Part shown: piece by piece, positions 8,870-18,697 of the stretch
Numbering within the stretch: position 1 is the first letter of the stretch
Layout of the letters: every line of letters begins with the position of its first letter
NCBI GenBank assembly: GCA_021771915.1
Contig: JAETNY010000004.1
Span: 80,945-144,944, forward strand
From: Bacillota bacterium
GTDB taxonomy: Bacteria; Bacillota; Dehalobacteriia; UBA4068; UBA4997
Reading direction: 5' to 3'
DNA length: 64,000 bases
Program-made: the position numbers and the translations under genes
Notes under the pieces: generated by a model
The model's input: the letters and a program-made list of their open reading frames with translations, nothing else
Told to the model about the DNA's origin: nothing
Databases searched by the model: none

Positions 8870-9856
8870 ATGGAAAAAGCGATGATTGCTTTGGCTGCGG
8901 CTTTTGCGGTTGCGGTGTTGATTGGCCCGATTATGATTGCCGGGCTTAGAGTGCTGAAATTTGGACAAACCATTCGTGAGGACGGCCCAAAACGGCATTT
9001 GATGAAATCCGGCACGCCAACTATGGGTGGTGTGATTTTTCTACTGCCTTTTGTGCTGGTTTCTCTGTTTTTGGCTGATAAAACGCCGGTGGTCGGTCTG
9101 TTTGTGGGAACAGTAATTCTGTTTGGTTTGATTGGTTTTGTTGATGACGGTATTATTGTAATGCTGCATCGTTCCTTAGGGCTTACGGCCAGACAAAAGC
9201 TTGTTTTGCAATTTATCTTCGCTTTCGCTTTTATTTATCTGGCGGAAATGCTTTTGGGGCGTGGTACGGATATCATTTTTCCAATAACTGGCTATAAGTT
9301 GGAGTTGGGCTGGGTCTATTATCCGCTTTTGGCAACTTATATGGTTTTTATTGTCAATGCGGTAAACCTGACGGACGGTTTGGACGGTCTGGCCAGCGGT
9401 ATCAGCTTTTTTGTGTTGCTGGGTTATTTGCTGATTTGTTTAACGGCAGTTTTGCAATCACCCGTTGTTGGTTTGGATTATCAGGCGTTAGCGATGTCGG
9501 CCGCGGCGTTGGCCGGCGGTTTGCTGGGCTTTTTGGTTTATAATAAATATCCGGCTAAGGTGTTTATGGGGGACACGGGTTCTCTGGCTTTGGGCGCTGC
9601 GGTTTTTGCTTTGGCTATACTCACTAAAACCGAGGTGGTTTTCCTGCTGTTGGGTTTGGTGTTCATTGTAGAGGCGCTGTCCGTGGTTATTCAGGTTTTC
9701 AGCTTTAAGGTTTTCGGTCGTCGTGTGTTCAAAATGAGCCCTTTACATCATCATTTTGAGATGTGTGGCTGGAGTGAGGTGCGCATTGTGCGTACATTTT
9801 GGCTGGTATCCGCTTTGACGGTGCTGCTTGGTCTGTTGGTTTTGGCGATAAGCTAG
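8870..9856 (+). CDS. mraY: phospho-N-acetylmuramoyl-pentapeptide transferase MraY
   Basis: Polytopic membrane protein with GPKRHLMKSGTPTMGG, NLTDGLDGLA and MGDTGSLALG motifs. Confidence 0.97.
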   Translation: MEKAMIALAAAFAVAVLIGPIMIAGLRVLKFGQTIREDGPKRHLMKSGTPTMGGVIFLLPFVLVSLFLADKTPVVGLFVGTVILFGLIGFVDDGIIVMLHRSLGLTARQKLVLQFIFAFAFIYLAEMLLGRGTDIIFPITGYKLELGWVYYPLLATYMVFIVNAVNLTDGLDGLASGISFFVLLGYLLICLTAVLQSPVVGLDYQALAMSAAALAGGLLGFLVYNKYPAKVFMGDTGSLALGAAVFALAILTKTEVVFLLLGLVFIVEALSVVIQVFSFKVFGRRVFKMSPLHHHFEMCGWSEVRIVRTFWLVSALTVLLGLLVLAIS

Positions 9857-9918
9857 GCATAAAATATTTTATAAAAGAGTAAGCTTTAGGGAATGTATAA
9901 AGTAGGGAGAAATGCCAA

Positions 9919-11298
9919 ATGTTAGAAATTTTGCAGGATTTGCGTGATAAGAAGGTGTTGGTGATTGGAGCCGGGTTATCCGGCCAGGCAGCAGCGGTTT
10001 TTTTGGCGGCTAAAGGAGCAGATGTAACTTTAACTGATAACAAAACTGTTGCTGATTTGAACGGTCTGGTTGCCATAGCCGGGGTGAACTTAAAGCTGGG
10101 CGGTATGCCGATTGGTACAGAAGCCGCCAGCTATCAGCTGGCAGTAATCAGCCCGGGGGTGCCGCTGGATATCCCAACTGTGCAGGCGCTGATGCAGGCC
10201 GGCGTGCCATTGCTGGGCGAGTTGGAATTAGCTTACCAGTTTAGTCATAATCCTTTTTTTGCTATAACAGGTACCAATGGCAAAACCACTACTACCACCC
10301 TGCTTGGCTACATATTGCAGCAGGCTGGGCGGCATTGTCTGATTGGCGGTAATATTGGTACGCCATTGGTTAATTCGGTGGAAAGTTTGCCAGCAGACGC
10401 CTGTATCGTGGCGGAACTTTCCAGTTTTCAACTGGAAACAGCGCAGGAATTCAAGGCGCATATTGGTGCTTTTTTGAACCTTACGCCAGACCACTTGTAT
10501 CGGCATGGTACGATGTCTAACTATGGAGCGATAAAAGCCAAAATTTTTGCTAATCAAAGTCAGCAGGATTTTGCTGTTTTGAATTATGATGATGAACAGG
10601 TGCGTGCTTATGCGGACAATTTGAGCGGAACAGTGGTATTTTTCAGCAGAAAGGCGGACTTACCGCAGGGTATGCTTGCGCTTAATGGTCGTCTGCTTTG
10701 GCGTTGGCTTGGGCAGGAAATTGATTTGATGTCAGTTGACGAGGTTTTGATTAAAGGGCCGCATAATTTGGAAAATGCACTGGCTGCAGCAGCTATGACG
10801 TTGCTGGCTGGAGTGGAGCCAAGTCAGGTTTGTCAGGCGCTGCAAAGTTTTCCGGGTGTGGAACATCGTCAGGAACCATTGGGCGAGGTTAATGGCGTGC
10901 TTTATGTTAACGATTCCAAAGGCACTAATCCTGATTCCACAATTATGGCGTTGCGTGCCTGTATGAGGCCGACAGTGCTGATTTTGGGCGGTTATGAAAA
11001 AAATTCTGATTTTACGCCGCTGCTGCCTTTAATCAAGGAAAAGGTAAAGCAAATCATTTTGGTGGGGCAGACAGCGGATAGAATTGCAGAAACTCTGACA
11101 CAGGGCGGTTTTACGGCTTATCAAAATGCCGGTATGGATTTTAGACGCTGTGTGGAAATGGCGGCGGCGGCGGCCGAGCCTGGCGATGAAGTTTTGCTTT
11201 CGCCAGCCAGCGCCAGTTGGGGTATGTTTAATAATTTTGAAGAACGCGGCTGTTATTTTAAGGAGTTAGTTAACCAAATGCGGACGAATAGGGCGTAA
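9919..11298 (+). CDS. murD: UDP-N-acetylmuramoylalanine--D-glutamate ligase MurD
   Basis: N-terminal Rossmann motif VIGAGLSGQAAA, P-loop ITGTNGKTTT and dcw synteny. Confidence 0.95.
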   Translation: MLEILQDLRDKKVLVIGAGLSGQAAAVFLAAKGADVTLTDNKTVADLNGLVAIAGVNLKLGGMPIGTEAASYQLAVISPGVPLDIPTVQALMQAGVPLLGELELAYQFSHNPFFAITGTNGKTTTTTLLGYILQQAGRHCLIGGNIGTPLVNSVESLPADACIVAELSSFQLETAQEFKAHIGAFLNLTPDHLYRHGTMSNYGAIKAKIFANQSQQDFAVLNYDDEQVRAYADNLSGTVVFFSRKADLPQGMLALNGRLLWRWLGQEIDLMSVDEVLIKGPHNLENALAAAAMTLLAGVEPSQVCQALQSFPGVEHRQEPLGEVNGVLYVNDSKGTNPDSTIMALRACMRPTVLILGGYEKNSDFTPLLPLIKEKVKQIILVGQTADRIAETLTQGGFTAYQNAGMDFRRCVEMAAAAAEPGDEVLLSPASASWGMFNNFEERGCYFKELVNQMRTNRA

Positions 11299-11430
11299 CT
11301 TTAGATAATATTACAAATTCTGGTATAAACGGGCGTTCTTTAGCATAATTTTTAGACAGTTCGGTCTGGAATATGGGGAGGGCTTTTTGTTACAATATTA
11401 GTAAAGAATTATTGGCGCATTTTTTATTCT

Positions 11431-12579
11431 TTGAAATTTTACACCATATGGAGAGGAGGGCAAGGCTTGGCCAAAAAAAGAGGAAGAATTGATTACTGGC
11501 TGTTTTTGATTGTATTTATTCTGGTCTGCATTGGTTTGGTGATGGTGCTCTCGTCCAGCCAATATGTGGCGGCCAACGATAATGGCGACGCTTATTATTA
11601 CCTTAAGCGGCAGCTAACTAACGGGGCGCTGGGTCTTGTGGCCATGTTTCTGGCTGTTAATCTTGATTATCGCGTTTACGGTCGTCTGCATATGCTCATC
11701 TTCTGGACCGGTGTGGTGCTGATGACGATTGGTATGTTTACCAGTCTAGGCGATACTGGTGGCGATGGCGAAGGCTCAAAGCGCTGGTTGGTGATTGCCG
11801 GCGTACGCTTTCAGCCCTCCGACGTGATGAAACTCTCCATGCTGGTGCAGGTGGCCTATATGCTCTCCATTCGCAAAAAGCCCTTCAAGAATTTTGTGCA
11901 TGATTTTTTGCCTTACATTTTTTATACCGGCTTTTGCTGCGGTATAGTTGCGGTTATGGACTTGGGAACCGGTATTGTTATGGGTATTACATTGATGCTG
12001 ATGTTCCTGATTGTAGGCGTACCCAAGAGGCATTTGCTGGCTTTAATGAGCGCGGCGCTTGGTGCTGTTGCCGTTTTGATTATCTGGAAACCGTATCGTA
12101 TGCAACGATTAACCAGCTTTTTAGACCCATGGGCCGATTATTATGGTAATGGTTATCAGGTTATTCAATCACTGCTGGCCATTGGTTCCGGCGGTTTAAT
12201 GGGCGTGGGACTGGGCAATGGCGGCGCTAAATGGTACTATTTGCCTGAGCGTCATACCGATTTTATTTTTTCTACCTTGGTGGAGGAGGGCGGTTTTCTG
12301 GCCGGGATAGTGGTTTTGCTTCTATTTTTGGCTTTCACATGGCGAGGGCTTACGATTGCGCTTAAGGTCAATGATTATTTTGGTAGTTTGCTGGCAACCG
12401 GTTTAACGCTGATAATTGGTGTGCAGGCGCTGGTAAATATCGCGATTGCGTTAAGTCTGATGCCTGTAACCGGTATTACACTTCCCTTTATCAGTTATGG
12501 CGGTACTTCGTTGGTTATTTCTCTGGCGGCGGTGGGTGTGCTGCTTAATATCTCGCGACATGCCAAGCTGGAAAAATAA
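11431..12579 (+). CDS. ftsW: SEDS-family peptidoglycan glycosyltransferase FtsW/SpoVE
   Basis: Ten-TM SEDS protein with YLPERHTDFIFS and LPFISYGGTS motifs. The likely true start is TTG 11467, downstream of RBS GGAGAGGAGGG. Confidence 0.9.
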   Translation: MKFYTIWRGGQGLAKKRGRIDYWLFLIVFILVCIGLVMVLSSSQYVAANDNGDAYYYLKRQLTNGALGLVAMFLAVNLDYRVYGRLHMLIFWTGVVLMTIGMFTSLGDTGGDGEGSKRWLVIAGVRFQPSDVMKLSMLVQVAYMLSIRKKPFKNFVHDFLPYIFYTGFCCGIVAVMDLGTGIVMGITLMLMFLIVGVPKRHLLALMSAALGAVAVLIIWKPYRMQRLTSFLDPWADYYGNGYQVIQSLLAIGSGGLMGVGLGNGGAKWYYLPERHTDFIFSTLVEEGGFLAGIVVLLLFLAFTWRGLTIALKVNDYFGSLLATGLTLIIGVQALVNIAIALSLMPVTGITLPFISYGGTSLVISLAAVGVLLNISRHAKLEK

Positions 12580-12633
12580 TCTGGAGTTTTTAACAAAACG
12601 TCCGATAATAAAAAAACCTTATATGGAAATGGG

Positions 12634-13788
12634 TTGATTATTATGAATGTTATGCTTAGTGGCGGTGGCACCGGCGGCCATATTTATCCGGCTTTGGCTG
12701 TGGCCGAAGCACTACGGCAACAATATCCTGACTCCACGTTGATTTATGTAGGTAATGCAGACGGCATGGAGCATACGTTGGCCGAAGAAGCTGGTTATCA
12801 GTTTATCCCGGTGAGCGTGGCCGGTTTTAAGAAACGTGGATTGTTGCATGTTCTGCCGGTTTTATATAAGAACTGGCAGGGGTTGCGACAGGCTAAAGAG
12901 CTTTTGCGTAAGTTTTGCCCAGATTTGGTTATCGGTACAGGCGGTTATGCCTGTGGACCGTTGCTTTTGGAGGCGGCGCGGCTGCATATTCCCACGCTTT
13001 TGCATGAGCAGAATGCTATTATGGGCAAAACCAATAAAATTTTAAGCCGTTATGTTAACAAAATTTGTCTGACCTTTCCGATTGCCGATTTGCCGGCAGC
13101 GATAACCGCCAAAACCGTACTGACTGGTTTGCCGGTTCGTCAGGCAATTTTGCAAACAGAAGCCGCAGCCGCCAGAAAATGGCTTGGTCTGGCAGATGAT
13201 AAGCCGGTTTTGCTGTTAACAGGCGGCAGCCAGGGGGCTCGGCACCTAAATCAGGCCTTGGCGGAACTTTGGCCGGAACTTTTGGCGGCTGGTGTTCAGA
13301 TTGTGCATATCACTGGCGAGAAGCTTTTTGCAGAAACGGCGGAGCAGGCTAAAAAGCTTGGTTTGTCGGTTATGACAGCTGAAGAAGCTGCTTCGGCAGA
13401 AACTTTTAAAGCGCAGAACGGTTTTTTGTTGTTACCTTATTTGCACCATATGGAGTATGCCATGTCGGCGGCAGATTTGGTTGTGGGTCGGGCGGGGGCT
13501 TCCTTTTTGGCTGAGGTTATGGCTCTGGGCAAGGCAACGGTTTTGGTGCCATATCCTTATGCGGCTGGTAATCATCAGGTTTATAATGCTCAGTCTATGG
13601 TGGAGGCCGGCGCGGCTTTGTTAATTGATGATGCGGCGCTTTCAGCCCAATCATTAAGAACTGCTTTACAAAAAGCGCTTTTTGATATAAAATTAAGGGA
13701 TAATATGGCGGCTAATTCTGCCGCTTTGGGCAAACGCGATGCCGTAGCAAATATTATTCAGACGGCAACGGCATTGGCTAAACTTTAA
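12634..13788 (+). CDS. murG: undecaprenyldiphospho-muramoylpentapeptide beta-N-acetylglucosaminyltransferase MurG
   Basis: SGGGTGGHIYPALAVA and TGGSQGA motifs. The start may be ATG 12643. Confidence 0.95.
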   Translation: MIIMNVMLSGGGTGGHIYPALAVAEALRQQYPDSTLIYVGNADGMEHTLAEEAGYQFIPVSVAGFKKRGLLHVLPVLYKNWQGLRQAKELLRKFCPDLVIGTGGYACGPLLLEAARLHIPTLLHEQNAIMGKTNKILSRYVNKICLTFPIADLPAAITAKTVLTGLPVRQAILQTEAAAARKWLGLADDKPVLLLTGGSQGARHLNQALAELWPELLAAGVQIVHITGEKLFAETAEQAKKLGLSVMTAEEAASAETFKAQNGFLLLPYLHHMEYAMSAADLVVGRAGASFLAEVMALGKATVLVPYPYAAGNHQVYNAQSMVEAGAALLIDDAALSAQSLRTALQKALFDIKLRDNMAANSAALGKRDAVANIIQTATALAKL

Positions 13789-13820
13789 TTAGCCAGGGGT
13801 TAATTGGGGAGGAAAAAGTT

Positions 13821-15209
13821 TTGATAGATTTTAAGCATGTACATTTTGTGGCCATTGGCGGCATTGGTATGAGTGCGTTGGCGCGTATATTAAACGGCTG
13901 GGGTGTTAAGGTTTCCGGGTCTGACGTGGTGGACAGCGTTATGACCAGAGAACTGGCCGGTTTGGGCGTTAATGTCTTTCAGGGGCATGATGCGGCTAAT
14001 TTGGCGGCTGATGTGGATTTGTTGGTTTATTCTTCAGTAATTCAACCGGATAATCCGGAATATGCTGAGGCTAAACGTCGTGGTTTGCGCATTATGTGTC
14101 GGGCGGAACTTTTGGCGGAGATGCTGAGAATGCGCAGTGGTATTGCCGTGGCCGGTGCGCATGGTAAGACTACCACCACTGGTATGATTGGCACGACGTT
14201 GTTGCATATGCGACAGGAACCCACTATTGTGGTGGGCGGTGTGCTTTCCACCATTAAAGCCAATTCCTGCTGGGGATTGGGCGAGTATATGGTGGCCGAG
14301 GCTGATGAAAGCGACGGCTCGTTTTTGCTGTTGCCGGCCAAGGTGGCGGTGGTGACTAATGTGGAAAATGACCACCTTGACCATTATGGCAGTATAGAAA
14401 ATATAATTAAAGCTTTTGAGCAGTTTATTAATCAGCTGTCAGACGAGGGGTTTGCGGTTCTGGGTTTGGATTGCCCAATTCTCAAAGAGATGGTTAGCCG
14501 TGTAAACAGCCGCATTGTAAGCTTTGCGCTCAATGATGAAACGGCCGATTATACGGTTGGCGAGATTAACTATCAGGGATTTGGCAGTGTTTGTCAGGTT
14601 TTTTATCGGGGAGAACTGCTTGGTGATTTGCAACTGGCTGTGCCGGGTGAATATAATGTGGCCAATGCGCTGGCTGCGGTTGCTACGCTGCATAGTCTGG
14701 GCTTTGCCTTTGCCGATATTGCGGCTGGACTGGCTTCTTTTAATGGCACTGGCCGTCGTTTTGAGATGTTGGGTCAGGATGTTAAGCGCCAGATTACGGT
14801 TTTTGATGACTATGCACATCATCCCAGCGAAATTAAGGCCCTGCTGCAAGGCGCGAAACATTTGGCGCCCAAACGTCTGGTCGTGGTTTTTCAACCGCAT
14901 AGATATTCGCGTACCCAACTTTTGTTCCGGGAATTTGCTTCAGCCTTTGACCAATCCGACGTTTTGGTATTGAATGAAATCTATCCGGCTTTTGAGCAGC
15001 CCATAGAGGGGGTAAATTCTCAGGTTTTGGCCAAGGCAGTGCGCAGTCGGGGCAAAAAGTTTCCGGTTTATTACGCCAAAACCGAGAAAGATGTTTTGCA
15101 AACCCTGGACAGAGTGGTGGAAAATGGCGATTTGGTGTTGATTGCCGGCGCCGGCAATATCCGTCATACTGGTGAAATGTATGCGGCACAGATTGAGAAC
15201 AGTCATTAA
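13821..15209 (+). CDS. murC: UDP-N-acetylmuramate--L-alanine ligase MurC
   Basis: HFVAIGGIGMSALARIL and P-loop GAHGKTTTT. TTG start with RBS GGGGAGG. Confidence 0.95.
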   Translation: MIDFKHVHFVAIGGIGMSALARILNGWGVKVSGSDVVDSVMTRELAGLGVNVFQGHDAANLAADVDLLVYSSVIQPDNPEYAEAKRRGLRIMCRAELLAEMLRMRSGIAVAGAHGKTTTTGMIGTTLLHMRQEPTIVVGGVLSTIKANSCWGLGEYMVAEADESDGSFLLLPAKVAVVTNVENDHLDHYGSIENIIKAFEQFINQLSDEGFAVLGLDCPILKEMVSRVNSRIVSFALNDETADYTVGEINYQGFGSVCQVFYRGELLGDLQLAVPGEYNVANALAAVATLHSLGFAFADIAAGLASFNGTGRRFEMLGQDVKRQITVFDDYAHHPSEIKALLQGAKHLAPKRLVVVFQPHRYSRTQLLFREFASAFDQSDVLVLNEIYPAFEQPIEGVNSQVLAKAVRSRGKKFPVYYAKTEKDVLQTLDRVVENGDLVLIAGAGNIRHTGEMYAAQIENSH

Positions 15210-15240
15210 ATAAAATATTTAGTAATAAGGAAGATTTTGC

Positions 15241-16224
15241 ATGGATTATGTTAAAAACACTTTGCTTAACAGTTCCTCTGCTGATTTAGCCGTCAAAATG
15301 GAGAATTTTGCTGCAAAATTTAGTGGTACAATACGCCAAAATGCGCCGATGTCTGAATATACATCATGGCGAATTGGTGGCGCAGCGGACTGGCTGCTGG
15401 AACCGGCTTCGTTTGATGACGTAATTATGGTGCTGGATTTTGCGCAGACTAATAATGTTCCTCTGACAATAATTGGCAGGGGTACTAATCTGCTGGTTTC
15501 TGATAATGGCATTGCCGGTCTGGTGCTGCGGATTGGTGAAGCCTTAAGTCAGGTGGATATCTGGCAGGAAGGGGAGGAATATCTTGTTAAGGCGCAGTGC
15601 GGTGCTTTGCTGGCTGCTTTAAGCCGACAAACGGCAGAAGCCGGTTTGAGTGGTTTGGAATGGGCCTGCGGTATTCCTGGTAATCTGGGCGGCGCTTTGA
15701 TGATGAATGCCGGCGCCTATGGTTCGTCAATCGGTGAATATGTAACCGAAGTAGAAGCTGTGGCATATAATGACTCAGAAAATAGAAAAGCGGTTTTGCA
15801 AACGCTGCAAGGTTCTGCTTTGCGTTTTGGTTATCGTAGCGGTTGTCTGGCTCAGGATATGGTAGCTTTAAGCGTTACTTTACGTCTGCAATCTGGTGAA
15901 CGGGAGGCAGCGTGCAAGCGTATCGGTGAGATTTTAACCTCTCGTCGGCAAAACCAGCCTTTGGAATATCCCTCGGCGGGCAGTGTTTTCCGCAATCCGG
16001 AAAATTCTCATGCCGGTTATTTGATTGAGCAGGCCGGTTGCAAAGGGCTGACTTACGGTGGTGCGCAGGTTTCTGAAAAACATGGTAATTTTATTATTAA
16101 TTTAGGCGGAGCCACGGCTACCGATGTTTTACAGCTGATAGAACAGGTGCGGACGATTGTGGCGGAAAAAAGCGGCTATGTTTTGGAAACTGAGGTGCGC
16201 CTGTTGGGCAGAAAAGCCGAGTAA
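15241..16224 (+). CDS. murB: UDP-N-acetylenolpyruvoylglucosamine reductase MurB
   Basis: FAD-binding PCMH-type N-terminus (TSWRIGGAADWL, IIGRGTNLLVSD) and C-terminal SAGSVFRNP and HGNFIIN motifs. Confidence 0.93.
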   Translation: MDYVKNTLLNSSSADLAVKMENFAAKFSGTIRQNAPMSEYTSWRIGGAADWLLEPASFDDVIMVLDFAQTNNVPLTIIGRGTNLLVSDNGIAGLVLRIGEALSQVDIWQEGEEYLVKAQCGALLAALSRQTAEAGLSGLEWACGIPGNLGGALMMNAGAYGSSIGEYVTEVEAVAYNDSENRKAVLQTLQGSALRFGYRSGCLAQDMVALSVTLRLQSGEREAACKRIGEILTSRRQNQPLEYPSAGSVFRNPENSHAGYLIEQAGCKGLTYGGAQVSEKHGNFIINLGGATATDVLQLIEQVRTIVAEKSGYVLETEVRLLGRKAE

Positions 16225-16284
16225 ATATAGACCGGCGGCATAAAATTGGCTGATGGGATATGCCAAACATGGGAGGGCAGCCTG

Positions 16285-17631
16285 ATGGATAAACTGTTGA
16301 TTAATGGCGGCAGAAGGCTTGAGGGAGAGGTGCGGATAAGCGGTGCCAAAAATGCTGTTTTGCCGATTATGGCCGCCGCTCTGCTGACCAGCGGAACCTG
16401 TGTTATTAAAAATGTGCCGCGTCTTGATGATGTTTCGGTAATGCTTTCCGTTTTGCAGGAACTTTCTGTACGCAGCAGCTGGCATAAAGATGTTTTGCGT
16501 CTTGATTGTGCGCATGTTTCGCCAGTGGCACCCAGTCCGGAAATTTTAGGGCAAATTCGGGCTTCTAACTTAATATTAGGCCCACTTTTAGGGCGTTTCA
16601 AAGAGGCTGAAATTGGTGCCTGTGGAGGTTGTTCTATTGGTTGTCGGCCGATGAACCTGCACTTCGCGGCATTGGAGGCGTTAGGCTCTAAAATTCTGCC
16701 GCTGGAAACTGGTTATTTTGCTTTTGCCAAAAGTTTGCAAGGAAATGTTGTACATTTAGCTTTTCCCAGCGTTGGTGCAACGGAAAATCTGATAATGGCG
16801 GCAGTTTTGGCAGAGGGACGCACTGTTTTGCATAATGCCGCCGCCGAACCGGAAATTGTTGATTTGGCCGGCTTTATCAATACTATGGGTGGCAAAATAA
16901 GCGGCGCCGGCAGTAATGTGATTACGATTGACGGTGTTAAAAAGCTGAATGGCGCTGAATATACGGTGATGCCAGACCGAATTGAAACCGGTACGTTTCT
17001 GGTAGCAGGTGCGATGTGTGGCGGCAGTTTGCGTTTATCCGGGGCGCGCGCCGAGCATAATACCGCTTTGTTAGCTGCTATGCAGCAGGCTGGTATTAGC
17101 TGTACATATAGTATGCCAAATGTTAACGAAAGATTTGAGGAAGAAAGTTTTATTACTTTACATGGTGGCGGCCGACCTCGGCCTTTGCAGGTTGTTACAG
17201 CTTCTTATCCCGGTTTCCCCACTGATATGCAGCCGCAGCTAACGGCTATGCTAAGTTTGGCGCAGGGACGTTCTTCAATTTGTGAAAGTATTTTTGAAAA
17301 CCGACTGGCTTTTGCTAAAGAATTGAAAAAAATGGGCGCCACTATACAAACTCAGGATAATTGTGCTATAATAGACGGAGTGGCAAAGCTGAACGGTGCG
17401 GTGGTTAAGGCTATGGATTTACGGGCCGGCGCTGCATTGGCATTGGCTGGTCTGGCAGCGCAAGGGCGCACAGTGATTGAGCAGGCTGCTTATATTGACC
17501 GCGGTTATGAAGATTTTGTGGGTAAATTAAGCAGCTTGGGGGCTGACATTACTCGATTGAGTAAGCAAAGTGAGCAGGGCAAACAGATAAAAAAAATTAC
17601 CACGGCAAATAACTGTCGTTTGGTTGTTTAA
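16285..17631 (+). CDS. murA: UDP-N-acetylglucosamine 1-carboxyvinyltransferase MurA
   Basis: MDKLLINGGRRLEGEVRISGAKNAVLPIMAAALL, and a catalytic-loop Cys within GGCSIGCRPMNLH. The ORF track starts at 16246, but ATG 16285 matches the canonical N-terminus. Confidence 0.92.
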   Translation: MDKLLINGGRRLEGEVRISGAKNAVLPIMAAALLTSGTCVIKNVPRLDDVSVMLSVLQELSVRSSWHKDVLRLDCAHVSPVAPSPEILGQIRASNLILGPLLGRFKEAEIGACGGCSIGCRPMNLHFAALEALGSKILPLETGYFAFAKSLQGNVVHLAFPSVGATENLIMAAVLAEGRTVLHNAAAEPEIVDLAGFINTMGGKISGAGSNVITIDGVKKLNGAEYTVMPDRIETGTFLVAGAMCGGSLRLSGARAEHNTALLAAMQQAGISCTYSMPNVNERFEEESFITLHGGGRPRPLQVVTASYPGFPTDMQPQLTAMLSLAQGRSSICESIFENRLAFAKELKKMGATIQTQDNCAIIDGVAKLNGAVVKAMDLRAGAALALAGLAAQGRTVIEQAAYIDRGYEDFVGKLSSLGADITRLSKQSEQGKQIKKITTANNCRLVV

Positions 17632-17633
17632 TT

Positions 17634-18461
17634 TTGGCAGGTGAAACATTGGGCAAGGTAGTTTCCTTTGAAGCAGAAGTTAATAAACGCAAAAAGCGTC
17701 GGCGTGTAGGCAGCCTGGCCTGGTTAGGCTGGGTTTGCCTGATGCTGATTGCGCTGACGCTTGGTTATGGCTTTGCGCAGTCTTCAATCTTTAATCTGCG
17801 CAGTATAGAGGTTAATGGTACAAGCCGTCTGTCCGATGAGGATATTATTAAGCTTTCCGGCTTTACATTGGGCGAACATATTTATGAAGCCAATATTAAC
17901 AAGGCACAGACGATGATTAAAACTAATTTTTGGGTGGAACAGGTCAGTATTGAACGAAAGTTGCCGTCTACTTTGATAATTAATATTAAGGAGAGAGTAC
18001 CGGTTGCGGCTATTATCATGCCGGAGTCTTTGTATATTGTTGATTTCAGCGGTACATTGCTGCTTAAACAAAAGCTTTTGGACGGCCTGACGGTTATTCC
18101 GATTGCTGGTGTTAGTAATATTGACCCTGATATGAAGTTGGGTACGGCGATGGAAAATGAAAGCGTAACGGTGGCATTGGCCGTTATTCGTCAGATGGAC
18201 GAGCGTTCCTCATCGGTAATATCCGAGTTGGACGTAAGCAATTTGCAGAATATTGTGGCGCATTTAAGCTATGGTATGGATTGTTATTTAGGGGATAAAA
18301 GCAATTTTGCTGCAAAATTTGCGGTGGCAATGGATATTTTACAGAGTGAGCGTCAGAAAGGTTTGTTGGAGAGTGTAAATTACATTGATGTATCGTTGCC
18401 GGAGCAACCGGTTCTTGCATATTTGAACCCGGAGCCGGCAGATTTTGAGTCTGGATTTTAG
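17634..18461 (+). CDS. ftsQ: cell division protein FtsQ/DivIB (POTRA domain)
   Basis: One N-terminal TM followed by a POTRA-like segment (IEVNGTSRLSDEDIIKLSG). It sits directly upstream of ftsZ. Confidence 0.8.
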   Translation: MAGETLGKVVSFEAEVNKRKKRRRVGSLAWLGWVCLMLIALTLGYGFAQSSIFNLRSIEVNGTSRLSDEDIIKLSGFTLGEHIYEANINKAQTMIKTNFWVEQVSIERKLPSTLIINIKERVPVAAIIMPESLYIVDFSGTLLLKQKLLDGLTVIPIAGVSNIDPDMKLGTAMENESVTVALAVIRQMDERSSSVISELDVSNLQNIVAHLSYGMDCYLGDKSNFAAKFAVAMDILQSERQKGLLESVNYIDVSLPEQPVLAYLNPEPADFESGF

Positions 18462-18697
18462 TATAAAAAGGGTTACATGATAAAAAAAATTAAAAAAACC
18501 GGTGCTGATAGCAGGATTTAAGAAAAATGTGCCGAAATAATTCAAGATTAATTACGTTAACTGGCATTAGTTAGCATGCTTATATTTCTATATGTAAGAT
18601 ATTGGCTTAAGGTCAGCATCAAGAAGTTATCATCAGGTGGGTTATATTTTTAAGCTTTCTCTGCTTTTATGGCAATATATGACCCAGAAAGGGGTTA

